DNA from: Candidatus Saccharimonadota bacterium
GTDB taxonomy: Bacteria > Patescibacteriota > Saccharimonadia > Saccharimonadales > Saccharimonadaceae
Length of the DNA: 32,000 nucleotides
Reading direction: 5' to 3'
NCBI GenBank assembly: GCA_001897305.1
Contig: MKSO01000001.1
Coordinates: forward strand, 300,001 to 332,000
Position numbers and translations under genes: made by a program. Numbering within the stretch: position 1 is the stretch's first letter; each line of letters begins with the position of its first letter. Positions 8,423 to 15,129 of the stretch are shown here, one piece after another. Below the pieces are notes generated by a model. The model did no database searches and was not told the DNA's origin. It saw only the letters and a program-made list of their open reading frames with translations.

Positions 8423-8451
8423 ATTATACAAGATTATGTATAGAATGTCAA
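8423..8451 (-). promoter_or_regulatory. Consensus sigma-70-type promoter for the HTH-ATPase-435aa operon
   Basis: The minus strand reads TTGACA, then a 17-nt spacer (ttctatacataatcttg), then TATAAT. This is about 60 nt upstream of the ATG at 8363. Confidence 0.55.
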
Positions 8452-8553
8452 AGAATTTGTTTAGTTAATTCATTATACCATGAAGTAGACAGATAATACA
8501 TATATGTGGTATGAAACTTTAGTTATCCACAATATATGGTGTAGGAGGTTGCT

Positions 8554-9327
8554 CTAACAGGGGCCGCTGGTAATACGATGTGTTTCGTCGACGTGCCAGA
8601 TGATATCGGATATGCCCGAAATAGTGCCTTCGGCGCAGTAGTATGCCGTTGTTTGAGGCGTACCAAGCGGTTCCTGCTTTACTCCCCCGTTGGAGTCGTT
8701 CGCCCAGTAGTCCCAGAAAGTCGTGATTGGAAAACTGCCACCTTGTTTTTCTTGACGTTCAACTAGTTGTGTGTAGAAATTTTTCACGACACCCTCTTGG
8801 GCTTTGTTCCAGCTGTCGCTAGTGGTGAATGAGGTGGCGTAGTTTAAGAGTTGATCCTTTTGGACGGGAGTGGACCACTGTTTTGTATTCCAACCAGTAA
8901 TTTGAGTGCTGTTGTAGTTCCAATTTCCGCATCCAGTTATGTACGATTGCGTTGTACCGCCTTTATCTACCCCCTTGCCGACTCCCTCGTTTATGAGGTC
9001 TTGGCAGATCTGGGCGAATAGAACGCCATTTTGTACTGGAGTAAGGTTGGTGTAATAGTTAGAAGTCCCCGCTGACTTAACTGCTATGGTACTGTTACGA
9101 GAAGTTTCAAAGTCGGACGGCAGGCTTGTTGGGTACAACCCGGAGTGTTGAAATTCGTGCTGCATTTCGGAAGCGGCATGGTCCAGATCACTTTTAAGAG
9201 AAGCTGTCATAGCGCCGCGCTGAATATTGCTATAGCCAATGACCGATATGGCAGCCAAGATACCAATAGCGGTTACAACCACTATAATTTCAACGATAGT
9301 AAATGCCGGTGCCCACCGATGTGTCAT
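8554..9327 (-). CDS. Type IV pilin-like protein (prepilin-type N-terminal cleavage/methylation domain)
   Basis: The N-terminus MTHRWAPA|FTIVEIIVVVTAIGILAAISVIGY has a short basic leader, F+1, E+5 and a hydrophobic alpha-1 helix. Position -1 is Ala rather than the canonical Gly. The gene begins 29 nt downstream of topA. Confidence 0.7.
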   Translation of the reverse strand: MTHRWAPAFTIVEIIVVVTAIGILAAISVIGYSNIQRGAMTASLKSDLDHAASEMQHEFQHSGLYPTSLPSDFETSRNSTIAVKSAGTSNYYTNLTPVQNGVLFAQICQDLINEGVGKGVDKGGTTQSYITGCGNWNYNSTQITGWNTKQWSTPVQKDQLLNYATSFTTSDSWNKAQEGVVKNFYTQLVERQEKQGGSFPITTFWDYWANDSNGGVKQEPLGTPQTTAYYCAEGTISGISDIIWHVDETHRITSGPC

Positions 9328-9356
9328 ATGTTTATTGTACCATTGTCGACTGAGGG

Positions 9357-11795
9357 TTATTTTTTGGCTGTTTTACGACGGGCAAAACGACCCTTAGCTT
9401 CTGGAGCTTCGGCGATGAGTTGTTTGGCTTGTTCGTGGGTAATTGTTTTAGGATCGGTATCTTTAGGAATTTTGGCATTCTTTTTGCCATCGGTAATGTA
9501 AGGGCCGTAGCGACCATTGAGCACTTTAATACCATCACCAAAATCGGCAATATTTTTCTCGGCTTCAGACTTTAACTTTGCGGCGTAGAGCTCGAGGGCT
9601 TCTTCGTGGGTAACGGTATGTGGATCAAGGGGCTTAATGCTAATAAATAACTTGGTTTTTGTTTCTGGGTTATCTACTTGGATATAAGGGCCAAAACGGC
9701 CAATGTTGGCTTTCATTGGTAACCCTTCGGGTGTTTCACCGACAAGTCGAGGGAGTTGGAAAGCCTTAAGGGCTTGTTCTAGTGTGACGGTATCAACACG
9801 TGCGCCTTTTGGTATTGGGGCGAATTGAGGTTTTTCTTCACCTTCGGTGTCACCTAGTTGTAGCATCGGGCCAAAACGGCCAAGTCGGGCGTAGATCATT
9901 TTGCCAGATTTAGGATCGGTACCAACAGGGGTAGCTTGGGCAACTTGAGAGCGATCGATACCCCCAGAATTTTCAATGAGTTTATGGAATGGGGTGTAGA
10001 ACTTTTCTAGCATAGCATTACGTGCCAGTGCACCTGTGGCGATTTGGTCAAACTCTTGTTCGACGTCGGCGGTAAAGCCGTAGTTCACAATTTGTTCAAA
10101 ATGGTCACCAAGAAAGTCTGCGATCATCATGCCAACTGAGGTTGGGACGAGCTTGCCCTTATCGGCACCGGTCTTTTCTTGAATTACGGTGCGAACAACA
10201 CTATCTGAACCGATTTCTGCGGCTTGGCTTCGCTCCGGGTCTTTACGGGCGCCAGCGTCCCGTTCAGACTCGGGCTGCAGAGTCGCCGAAGAAATGGTGT
10301 CAGATGGTGTTGTCGAGCCAACGCTCAAGACAATAACATCGCGCTCGGTACCTTCACCTTCACCCTTTTCGGCGTAGCCGCGAACCTGGACGGTATTAAT
10401 AATAGTGGCATAGGTTGAAGGACGGCCGATGCCAAGTTCTTCAAGCTTTTTAACGAGTGAACCTTCGGTGTAGCGTGCTGGCGGTCGGGCAAAGGTTTGA
10501 CGAGCGTCGGCGTGCTCGAACCCGAGGATATCGCCCGTAGTCATGGCTGGGAGAATGTCTGGATCTTTTTTGCTTGCGCCGTAGACTTTAAGGAATCCAT
10601 CAAAGATAATAACTTCGCCTTTTGCTTCAAAATGAAGGTCGCTGGTGCTAATGGCAATAGTTACGACGGTTTTTTCTAGCTTGGCGGGTGCCATTTGGCT
10701 AGCCAGGGTGCGTCGGCGAATAAGATCGTAGAGCTTTTGGTCGTATTGGTCGCTACTGACCTTTTCGGCGGTAATGTCGGTAGGACGAATAGCCTCGTGG
10801 GCTTCTTGGGCACTAGCTGATTTAGTTTTAAATTGGCGTACTTGAGAATATTCTTTCCCAAAGCTACTCGTAATGTAATCGGCAGCCGACGCCAAAGCTT
10901 GTTTACTAAGGACTGTTGAGTCGGTACGCATGTAGGTAATTTTACCCGCCTGGTAGAGCTTTTGGGCGCTCGCCATAGTGGCGCGGGAGCCAAAGCCAAG
11001 CTTACTGTTGGCCTCTTGTTGTAATGTACTGGTAGTAAATGGCGCCCCTGGGTTGCGTGTGCCTGGGGTGGTGGTAACACCGGAGACGGTAAAGGTGGCC
11101 TGCTTTGTGAGTAGCGAGAGGAAATCATGGGCTTCTTCTTCGGTATCGAACCGTTGTGGCAATTCGGCCTTTACGGTCGCCTCTTTATGAGTGAATTCGG
11201 CTGTTACTTTAAATTGGAATGAACCTTCGAATTTCTGGATTTCTCGTTCTCGCTCTACCAAAAGGCGCACGGCCGGTGATTGTACACGTCCAGCAGATTT
11301 ACCGCCAGGGACTTTTTGCCATACGACGGGGCTAAGTTCAAAGCCTACTAGACGGTCCAGGATTTGACGCGCTTGTTGCGCTTGTACAAGCTGCATATCA
11401 ACCGTGCGAGGGCTCTTAACAGCTTCCTCAATGGCCGATTTGGTAATTTCGTGGAAGACAATACGATTCGTTTTTGCTGGGTCAAGGCCAAGCACTTCGC
11501 ATAAATGCCAAGCAATAGCCTCTCCTTCGCGGTCTTCATCGGTTGCCAGCCAGACGGTTTCGGCGGTTTTAACGGCTTTTTTGAGTTCGGTAATGGTTTT
11601 CTTTTTTTCAGTGTCGATTTCGTAGGTAGTAGCAAACCCCTTAGTAACATCGATGGGCGGCGTGCCGTCTTTAGTCTTTTTTGCAATTGACCGAATGTGA
11701 CCAACACTTGAGAGCACCGTAAAGTCTTTACCAAGGTATTTCTCGATGGTTTTAGCTTTGGCTGGGGACTCTACGATGACTAAATTCTTTGACAT
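9357..11795 (-). CDS. topA: DNA topoisomerase I
   Basis: The Toprim N-terminus is MSKNLVIVESPAKAKTIEKYLG. Further topA-like segments are ...ATDEDREGEAIAWH and ...YMRTDS (catalytic Tyr region). The C-terminus has repeated GRFGPY/GRYGPY motifs with no Cys4 zinc fingers. Confidence 0.95.
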   Translation of the reverse strand: MSKNLVIVESPAKAKTIEKYLGKDFTVLSSVGHIRSIAKKTKDGTPPIDVTKGFATTYEIDTEKKKTITELKKAVKTAETVWLATDEDREGEAIAWHLCEVLGLDPAKTNRIVFHEITKSAIEEAVKSPRTVDMQLVQAQQARQILDRLVGFELSPVVWQKVPGGKSAGRVQSPAVRLLVEREREIQKFEGSFQFKVTAEFTHKEATVKAELPQRFDTEEEAHDFLSLLTKQATFTVSGVTTTPGTRNPGAPFTTSTLQQEANSKLGFGSRATMASAQKLYQAGKITYMRTDSTVLSKQALASAADYITSSFGKEYSQVRQFKTKSASAQEAHEAIRPTDITAEKVSSDQYDQKLYDLIRRRTLASQMAPAKLEKTVVTIAISTSDLHFEAKGEVIIFDGFLKVYGASKKDPDILPAMTTGDILGFEHADARQTFARPPARYTEGSLVKKLEELGIGRPSTYATIINTVQVRGYAEKGEGEGTERDVIVLSVGSTTPSDTISSATLQPESERDAGARKDPERSQAAEIGSDSVVRTVIQEKTGADKGKLVPTSVGMMIADFLGDHFEQIVNYGFTADVEQEFDQIATGALARNAMLEKFYTPFHKLIENSGGIDRSQVAQATPVGTDPKSGKMIYARLGRFGPMLQLGDTEGEEKPQFAPIPKGARVDTVTLEQALKAFQLPRLVGETPEGLPMKANIGRFGPYIQVDNPETKTKLFISIKPLDPHTVTHEEALELYAAKLKSEAEKNIADFGDGIKVLNGRYGPYITDGKKNAKIPKDTDPKTITHEQAKQLIAEAPEAKGRFARRKTAKK

Positions 11796-11941
11796 ATATA
11801 TAAGTATACTTGGGGTTTCTAAATTACTGCTTAAGTTTGGACGACAAGTCGTCGTGCTTTACACAATGCTGGAGTGTACACCACGTATGCCTAGTTTGTA
11901 AAGCGCAGCCCTTTATATGCCAAGTATTTGAAAATGAAGCA

Positions 11942-11963
11942 CCCACCCCCCGGAAGGGGTGGG
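11942..11963 (-). terminator. GC-rich hairpin downstream of the 154-aa acidic-protein gene
   Basis: An 8-bp stem (cccacccc/ggggtggg) with a 6-nt loop lies 13 nt past the stop. On the minus strand it is followed by GTGCTTCATTTTC, a weak U-tract. Confidence 0.4.
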
Positions 11964-11975
11964 CAGTTGCTTCGA

Positions 11976-12440
11976 TCACTCGGAGGAATCGTCGCGCACG
12001 TCTCGGATTGCTTTGCCGACGTCGTACTCGTCGAGGAACGCGCGCAGCTTGCTGTTGGTACGGCGCATGGTCTCTGCGCCGTAGCGTAGTGCTATTGCCT
12101 CGATGCTCAGGGGCTCGATGGTGTCGCGAGCCGGGTTGAGCACCCCGTATGAGCGACGGTGCTTGAGCGTGTCGTGGAAGAAGACGATATCGCCCTCTTC
12201 CTCGCCCAGCTCGTGGAGAACGAGTACCCGCAGGCGTGACTCGCTCGGATCCTCGCCGAGGATGCCGGCATCGTAGGGTTCGATGCCGAGATCCTCGTGG
12301 TCGGTGTCTGCCAAGAACTCTTGCAGGCCGTTGCGGGCGGCATTGTTGGCGTGGAAGATCCCCTGGAGTTCGAGCTCCTGGGGTGTGGCGTCCTTGACGG
12401 GCACGTTCAGCGGGTCTCGCTCTTCGGGGGCATCGGACAT
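11976..12440 (-). CDS. Hypothetical acidic cytoplasmic protein in a GC-rich island
   Basis: The 154-codon ORF has AGAGGA 7 nt upstream of its ATG. Nearly every codon ends in G or C, unlike its neighbours. Hand counts of two 60-nt lines give 58% and 63% GC. The other five ORFs listed over 11810-12522 are high-GC frame artefacts. Confidence 0.6.
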   Translation of the reverse strand: MSDAPEERDPLNVPVKDATPQELELQGIFHANNAARNGLQEFLADTDHEDLGIEPYDAGILGEDPSESRLRVLVLHELGEEEGDIVFFHDTLKHRRSYGVLNPARDTIEPLSIEAIALRYGAETMRRTNSKLRAFLDEYDVGKAIRDVRDDSSE

Positions 12441-12510
12441 GGAGATTCCTCTCGTTGGTGGTCGAAGGTCGTACGGGCCTCAAGCTGTTACGCAAGGCCT
12501 GTATAATATT

Positions 12511-12539
12511 ATTATAGCATAAAAGCTATTAAATATCAA
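12511..12539 (-). promoter_or_regulatory. Sigma-70-type promoter with extended -10 for the acidic-protein cassette
   Basis: The minus strand reads TTGATA, then a 17-nt spacer (tttaatagcttttatgc), then TATAAT. It starts immediately after the dprA stop codon. Confidence 0.5.
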
Positions 12540-13406
12540 TTATGGAGTAATAAACAAACGTCCCCCACTACTTTTAATTTGACCCTTTAATTCCATGTGA
12601 GTAACGGTTTGTTGAAGCTCTGAAAGCGACGTGCTGAGCCTCTTGTGTAAGCTATCGATTGTTACGGCGCCCTCTTGTATGTATTGCACTATTTTGGCTT
12701 CGAGGGGTGTGTCACCCAGCACCAGGCGCATTTGCCTGTTGGTGTCCGAAGGCATGAGTATGCGCAAAATATCCTCCGGCTCTAAAGCAACCTGTGCGCC
12801 CTGTTGAATGAGCCGATTTGGCCCAGCAGAAAGTAGGCTGTCTATTGGCCCGGGGATGGCAAAAACGTCTTTGTTTTGAGTGAGAGCATGCGCCACGGTT
12901 GAAAATGTGCCACTGCGGTCGGTTGCTTCTGTTACCAGTACGGCATCGGCTAAGCCGCTGACTAGGCGGTTGCGAGCTAGGAAATGATATTTATGTGCAT
13001 CTACGCCAGGCGCTTGTTCGCTAATAAGAGCCCCACCTGCTACGACGATACGCTGAGCAAGTGAGGTATGTGCGGCTGGGTAAATACGATGAAGCCCGTT
13101 TGCCAGTATGGCTATGGTGGTGCCGCCGGCATCTAAAGCCGCCTGGTGGGCGATGGCGTCTATGCCGTAAGCTAGTCCGCTAATTACAACCACTCCCCTT
13201 TGCGCTAGTGCTGTCGCAAAGCGTTTGGTGACCTCTTCGCCATACGCCGTTGGCTTGCGTGACCCTATAATTGCAATGGTTGGCGGGTGATCTTTTGGTA
13301 ACGAGCCTATAGTATACAACTCGGATGGCATCCCCTCGTAGTTACTTAAAACAGAGGTGAAACTGCTTATAGCTATACTTTGTCTATTGATTTTCCCTAT
13401 TTTCAT
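12540..13406 (-). CDS. dprA: DNA processing protein A (Smf/DprA)
   Basis: The segment IGSRKPTAYGEEVTKRFATALAQRGVVVISGLAYGIDAIAHQAALDAGGTTIAILANGL shows the typical DprA Rossmann-like core. The protein is 288 aa. Confidence 0.9.
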   Translation of the reverse strand: MKIGKINRQSIAISSFTSVLSNYEGMPSELYTIGSLPKDHPPTIAIIGSRKPTAYGEEVTKRFATALAQRGVVVISGLAYGIDAIAHQAALDAGGTTIAILANGLHRIYPAAHTSLAQRIVVAGGALISEQAPGVDAHKYHFLARNRLVSGLADAVLVTEATDRSGTFSTVAHALTQNKDVFAIPGPIDSLLSAGPNRLIQQGAQVALEPEDILRILMPSDTNRQMRLVLGDTPLEAKIVQYIQEGAVTIDSLHKRLSTSLSELQQTVTHMELKGQIKSSGGRLFITP

Positions 13407-13425
13407 GTCTACCTTAGAAAAACTA

Positions 13426-13454
13426 TTGACACAACGTCAACTAGGTGCTATAAT
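13426..13454 (+). promoter_or_regulatory. Perfect consensus sigma-70 promoter, divergent from dprA
   Basis: TTGACA is at 13426-13431 and TATAAT at 13449-13454, separated by a 17-nt spacer that ends in TGc (extended -10). Confidence 0.55.
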
Positions 13455-13460
13455 GACATA

Positions 13461-13841
13461 CGATTGATACAGCAAACACCGCTGCATCAAGCACCTTATA
13501 CCCCCTATTTCTAACGGTAGTTACTATTTATAGTACTGCCAATGTTAGGTAGTGTGCAAGGCGCTTTTAAAGTACCTACCCTCCACTTTTCTAGCTTTGG
13601 GTTCATCCCACGACAGCTTTGCATGCTTACTAATCCCTTTAACACCTTGTCTTTTAGGCGAGGATCCCGTTTAAAGAATATCAATTGGGTGACTATACAG
13701 TAGTGGTTGGGACTCTGCGAGGTTCAACCAGGCGCGCACCATACAAAGTCTATCGGTTCGCGACGCTTCACTAGATATTCTTGGGTGGGTTAAAGGGTAA
13801 AATGGCACCAGGTGATGCCCACCCTTACCTGGTGCTTTTTT
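13461..13841 (+). ncRNA. Candidate ~380-nt non-coding RNA of unassigned class
   Basis: The unit is bounded by the consensus promoter (13426-13454) and an intrinsic terminator (13805-13841). I found no ORF with an RBS. The downstream gene has its own promoter at 13855-13884. I could not match RNase P, tmRNA or SRP signatures by eye. Confidence 0.3.
13805..13841 (+). terminator. Rho-independent terminator
   Basis: A 9-bp stem pairs gcaccaggt (13805-13813) with acctggtgc (13827-13835) around a 13-nt loop, followed by TTTTTT (13836-13841). Confidence 0.6.
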
Positions 13842-13854
13842 ATTTGGAAAATTT

Positions 13855-13884
13855 TTAACACCCCCTACAGAGAAATGATATAAT
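13855..13884 (+). promoter_or_regulatory. Sigma-70-type promoter for the 231-aa membrane-protein gene
   Basis: TTAACA, an 18-nt spacer and TGaTATAAT (extended -10) lie about 78 nt upstream of the ATG at 13962. Confidence 0.45.
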
Positions 13885-13961
13885 AAAAGGATTGTTGCTA
13901 CTTTGCAACACGAACCTGGTTGTGAGCGACGCTTGCGGCCCTGACCTTTGGAGGTATAGCA

Positions 13962-14657
13962 ATGGATCGGGAGGAGGAAGATAAGGCCTTCGAACTGTCC
14001 GATGCGGTCACTATCAGCCAACCGGACTATGTTCCGGTATCGCGACGCGAGGCAGAAACGCCGACTGAGCCGCTCGATATTATCGAGGAAGAGGTTGAGG
14101 TGGCAGCTAGTAACGTCGCGTCCTCTGACGAGGGCGACACGATCCTGTACTGGCATCGACGCCACATTAAGGCCCTTGCTAAGAGGCTGTGGTATCCATG
14201 GTGGTACGGCGTAGGTGCTGCCATGATCGTGGCCTGTGTAGTAACTGCCCTTCTGGGTGTTGCTACATTCGAGATACTGGCCACCTTTGTGGTCGCCGTA
14301 CTGGTGGCTCTCGTATGTTATAGCTATCCAATCGCCAGAGAGATACACCGCTGGCGGTACACGATCATTGCGGTGGTCGTGAATGGCAGTAATGCCTGGA
14401 TCAAGCTCTACGAGCCTAAGAGTCGCTTTTTTGCGTTCAAGGGTGACGACGAAGGCAGTGCCTATCCTCTAACGGCAGTTACCTCCATTAAGCTGAACAA
14501 GCAAACCTGGTGGGAGCTCTACGTTTTCCGTAGCAGTGGCTACGGATCGATCGACACCGTCCTACAAGAAGATGAGGACTTGCACAACCTGAAGGATGTG
14601 TATCGTCCAAAAGAATTGAAGGAGGCACTACAGGAAGCGATTCGACTCACAACTTAA
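13962..14657 (+). CDS. Hypothetical membrane protein (acidic N-terminus, two TM helices, soluble C-terminal domain)
   Basis: GGAGG lies 7 nt upstream of the ATG. The TM region is LWYPWWYGVGAAMIVACVVTALLGVATFEILATFVVAVLVALVCY. GC is elevated (one hand-counted line is 60%). The overlapping antisense ORF 13671..14348 is rejected. Confidence 0.6.
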   Translation: MDREEEDKAFELSDAVTISQPDYVPVSRREAETPTEPLDIIEEEVEVAASNVASSDEGDTILYWHRRHIKALAKRLWYPWWYGVGAAMIVACVVTALLGVATFEILATFVVAVLVALVCYSYPIAREIHRWRYTIIAVVVNGSNAWIKLYEPKSRFFAFKGDDEGSAYPLTAVTSIKLNKQTWWELYVFRSSGYGSIDTVLQEDEDLHNLKDVYRPKELKEALQEAIRLTT

Positions 14658-14660
14658 TAG

Positions 14661-14700
14661 CCCCGAGAGAGCTCCGAGATATCGGAAGAGCTCCTCGGGG
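14661..14700 (+). terminator. Long GC-rich hairpin after the 231-aa gene
   Basis: ccccgag (14661-14667) pairs with ctcgggg (14694-14700). An inner gagctc/gagctc helix (14669-14674 with 14688-14693) adds to the stem. The downstream T-run is weak (cactttt). Confidence 0.45.
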
Positions 14701-14719
14701 CTCTCTCACTTTTGCGTAT

Positions 14720-14748
14720 TTGCTAACAAACTAACAAGATGGTATAAT
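14720..14748 (+). promoter_or_regulatory. Sigma-70-type promoter for the 84-aa membrane-protein gene
   Basis: The sequence reads TTGCTA, a 17-nt spacer, then TGgTATAAT. Confidence 0.45.
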
Positions 14749-14791
14749 TATATTAGACGTGACGAAACGTTCCTCGAGCGAAAGGTAAAAC

Positions 14792-15046
14792 ATGAACGCC
14801 TCGGTATCCCTGGCTGATGTGGTGATCGTCCTTCTGGCGCTGCTGGTGATGATAACTCCCTGGCTTCCGTCAAAGGGAAGGTTCATCGCATCAGTGCTCA
14901 GCGTGGTGACTGTTGGAGCACTGATCCTGTGGTGTGACAACGCCACGTGGATCCATTGGGTCGAGTTCCTGCGTACCTGCTGGTACGCACTGCTGGTTCC
15001 CTTCTTCGTGTTCCTGGTCGGTATCTTCGCGTCCAAGTCCAAGTAG
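14792..15046 (+). CDS. Small hypothetical membrane protein (about 3 TM segments)
   Basis: The 84-aa ORF has GAAAGG 6 nt upstream of its ATG. Hydrophobic segments are VVIVLLALLVMITPW, VLSVVTVGALILW and YALLVPFFVFLVGIF. Confidence 0.5.
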   Translation: MNASVSLADVVIVLLALLVMITPWLPSKGRFIASVLSVVTVGALILWCDNATWIHWVEFLRTCWYALLVPFFVFLVGIFASKSK

Positions 15047-15080
15047 ATCACGCTTCGGCGTCCATGCTTGGCATCAGGGT

Positions 15081-15113
15081 GGCGGCTGAGGTCCCTTCGG
15101 GGATCTCGCCGCC
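15081..15113 (+). terminator. GC-rich TTCG-loop hairpin between the 84-aa gene and the pth stop
   Basis: ggcggc-t-gaggtccc pairs with gggatctc-gccgcc around a ttcg loop. There is no strong U-tract. Confidence 0.4.
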
Positions 15114-15129
15114 GCCCGCGCTTCAACTT

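Noticed and set aside
8523-8531. A perfect DnaA box (TTATCCACA) in the AT-rich pilin/HTH intergenic region, raising the possibility of oriC
   Set aside because: I found only one consensus box; the nearby TGTGGTATG is a poor match. There is no dnaA or dnaN nearby. The region is adequately explained as a promoter region.
10160-10370. An intein in topA
   Set aside because: The insert is only about 70 aa. It has no Cys/Ser/Thr plus His-Asn splice-junction residues and no endonuclease motifs. It is low-complexity loop-like sequence.
11810-12522. Five additional overlapping ORFs (11810..12139+, 11824..12495-, 12107..12343-, 12283..12522+, 12297..12506+)
   Set aside because: These are typical stop-poor alternative frames of a high-GC gene, with Arg/Pro/Gly-rich nonsense composition. 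Only 11976..12440 has an RBS, GC3 skew and a plausible protein sequence.
13461-13960. RNase P RNA, tmRNA or SRP RNA identity for the orphan transcript
   Set aside because: There are short resemblances to the E. coli RNase P J11/12-P13 region: plus-strand GGGTTAAAGGGT and minus-strand CAGGTAAGGGTG. They lie on opposite strands at the same locus. I could not find the universal P4 strands (GAGGAAAGTCCGGGC / ACAGAACCCGGCTTA), a tRNA-like T-arm plus ACCA end with a GGGG 5' end for tmRNA, or the SRP GGAA-tetraloop domain. The class is left unassigned pending a covariance-model scan.
13671-14348. A 225-aa minus-strand ORF spanning the intergenic region and the 5' half of the 231-aa plus-strand gene
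   Set aside because: It has no RBS. Its product is compositionally odd (Arg/Ser/Gly-rich, with no domain features). It runs antisense to a plus-strand ORF that has GGAGG, a promoter and clear TM helices. It also crosses the promoter/terminator-bounded unit.
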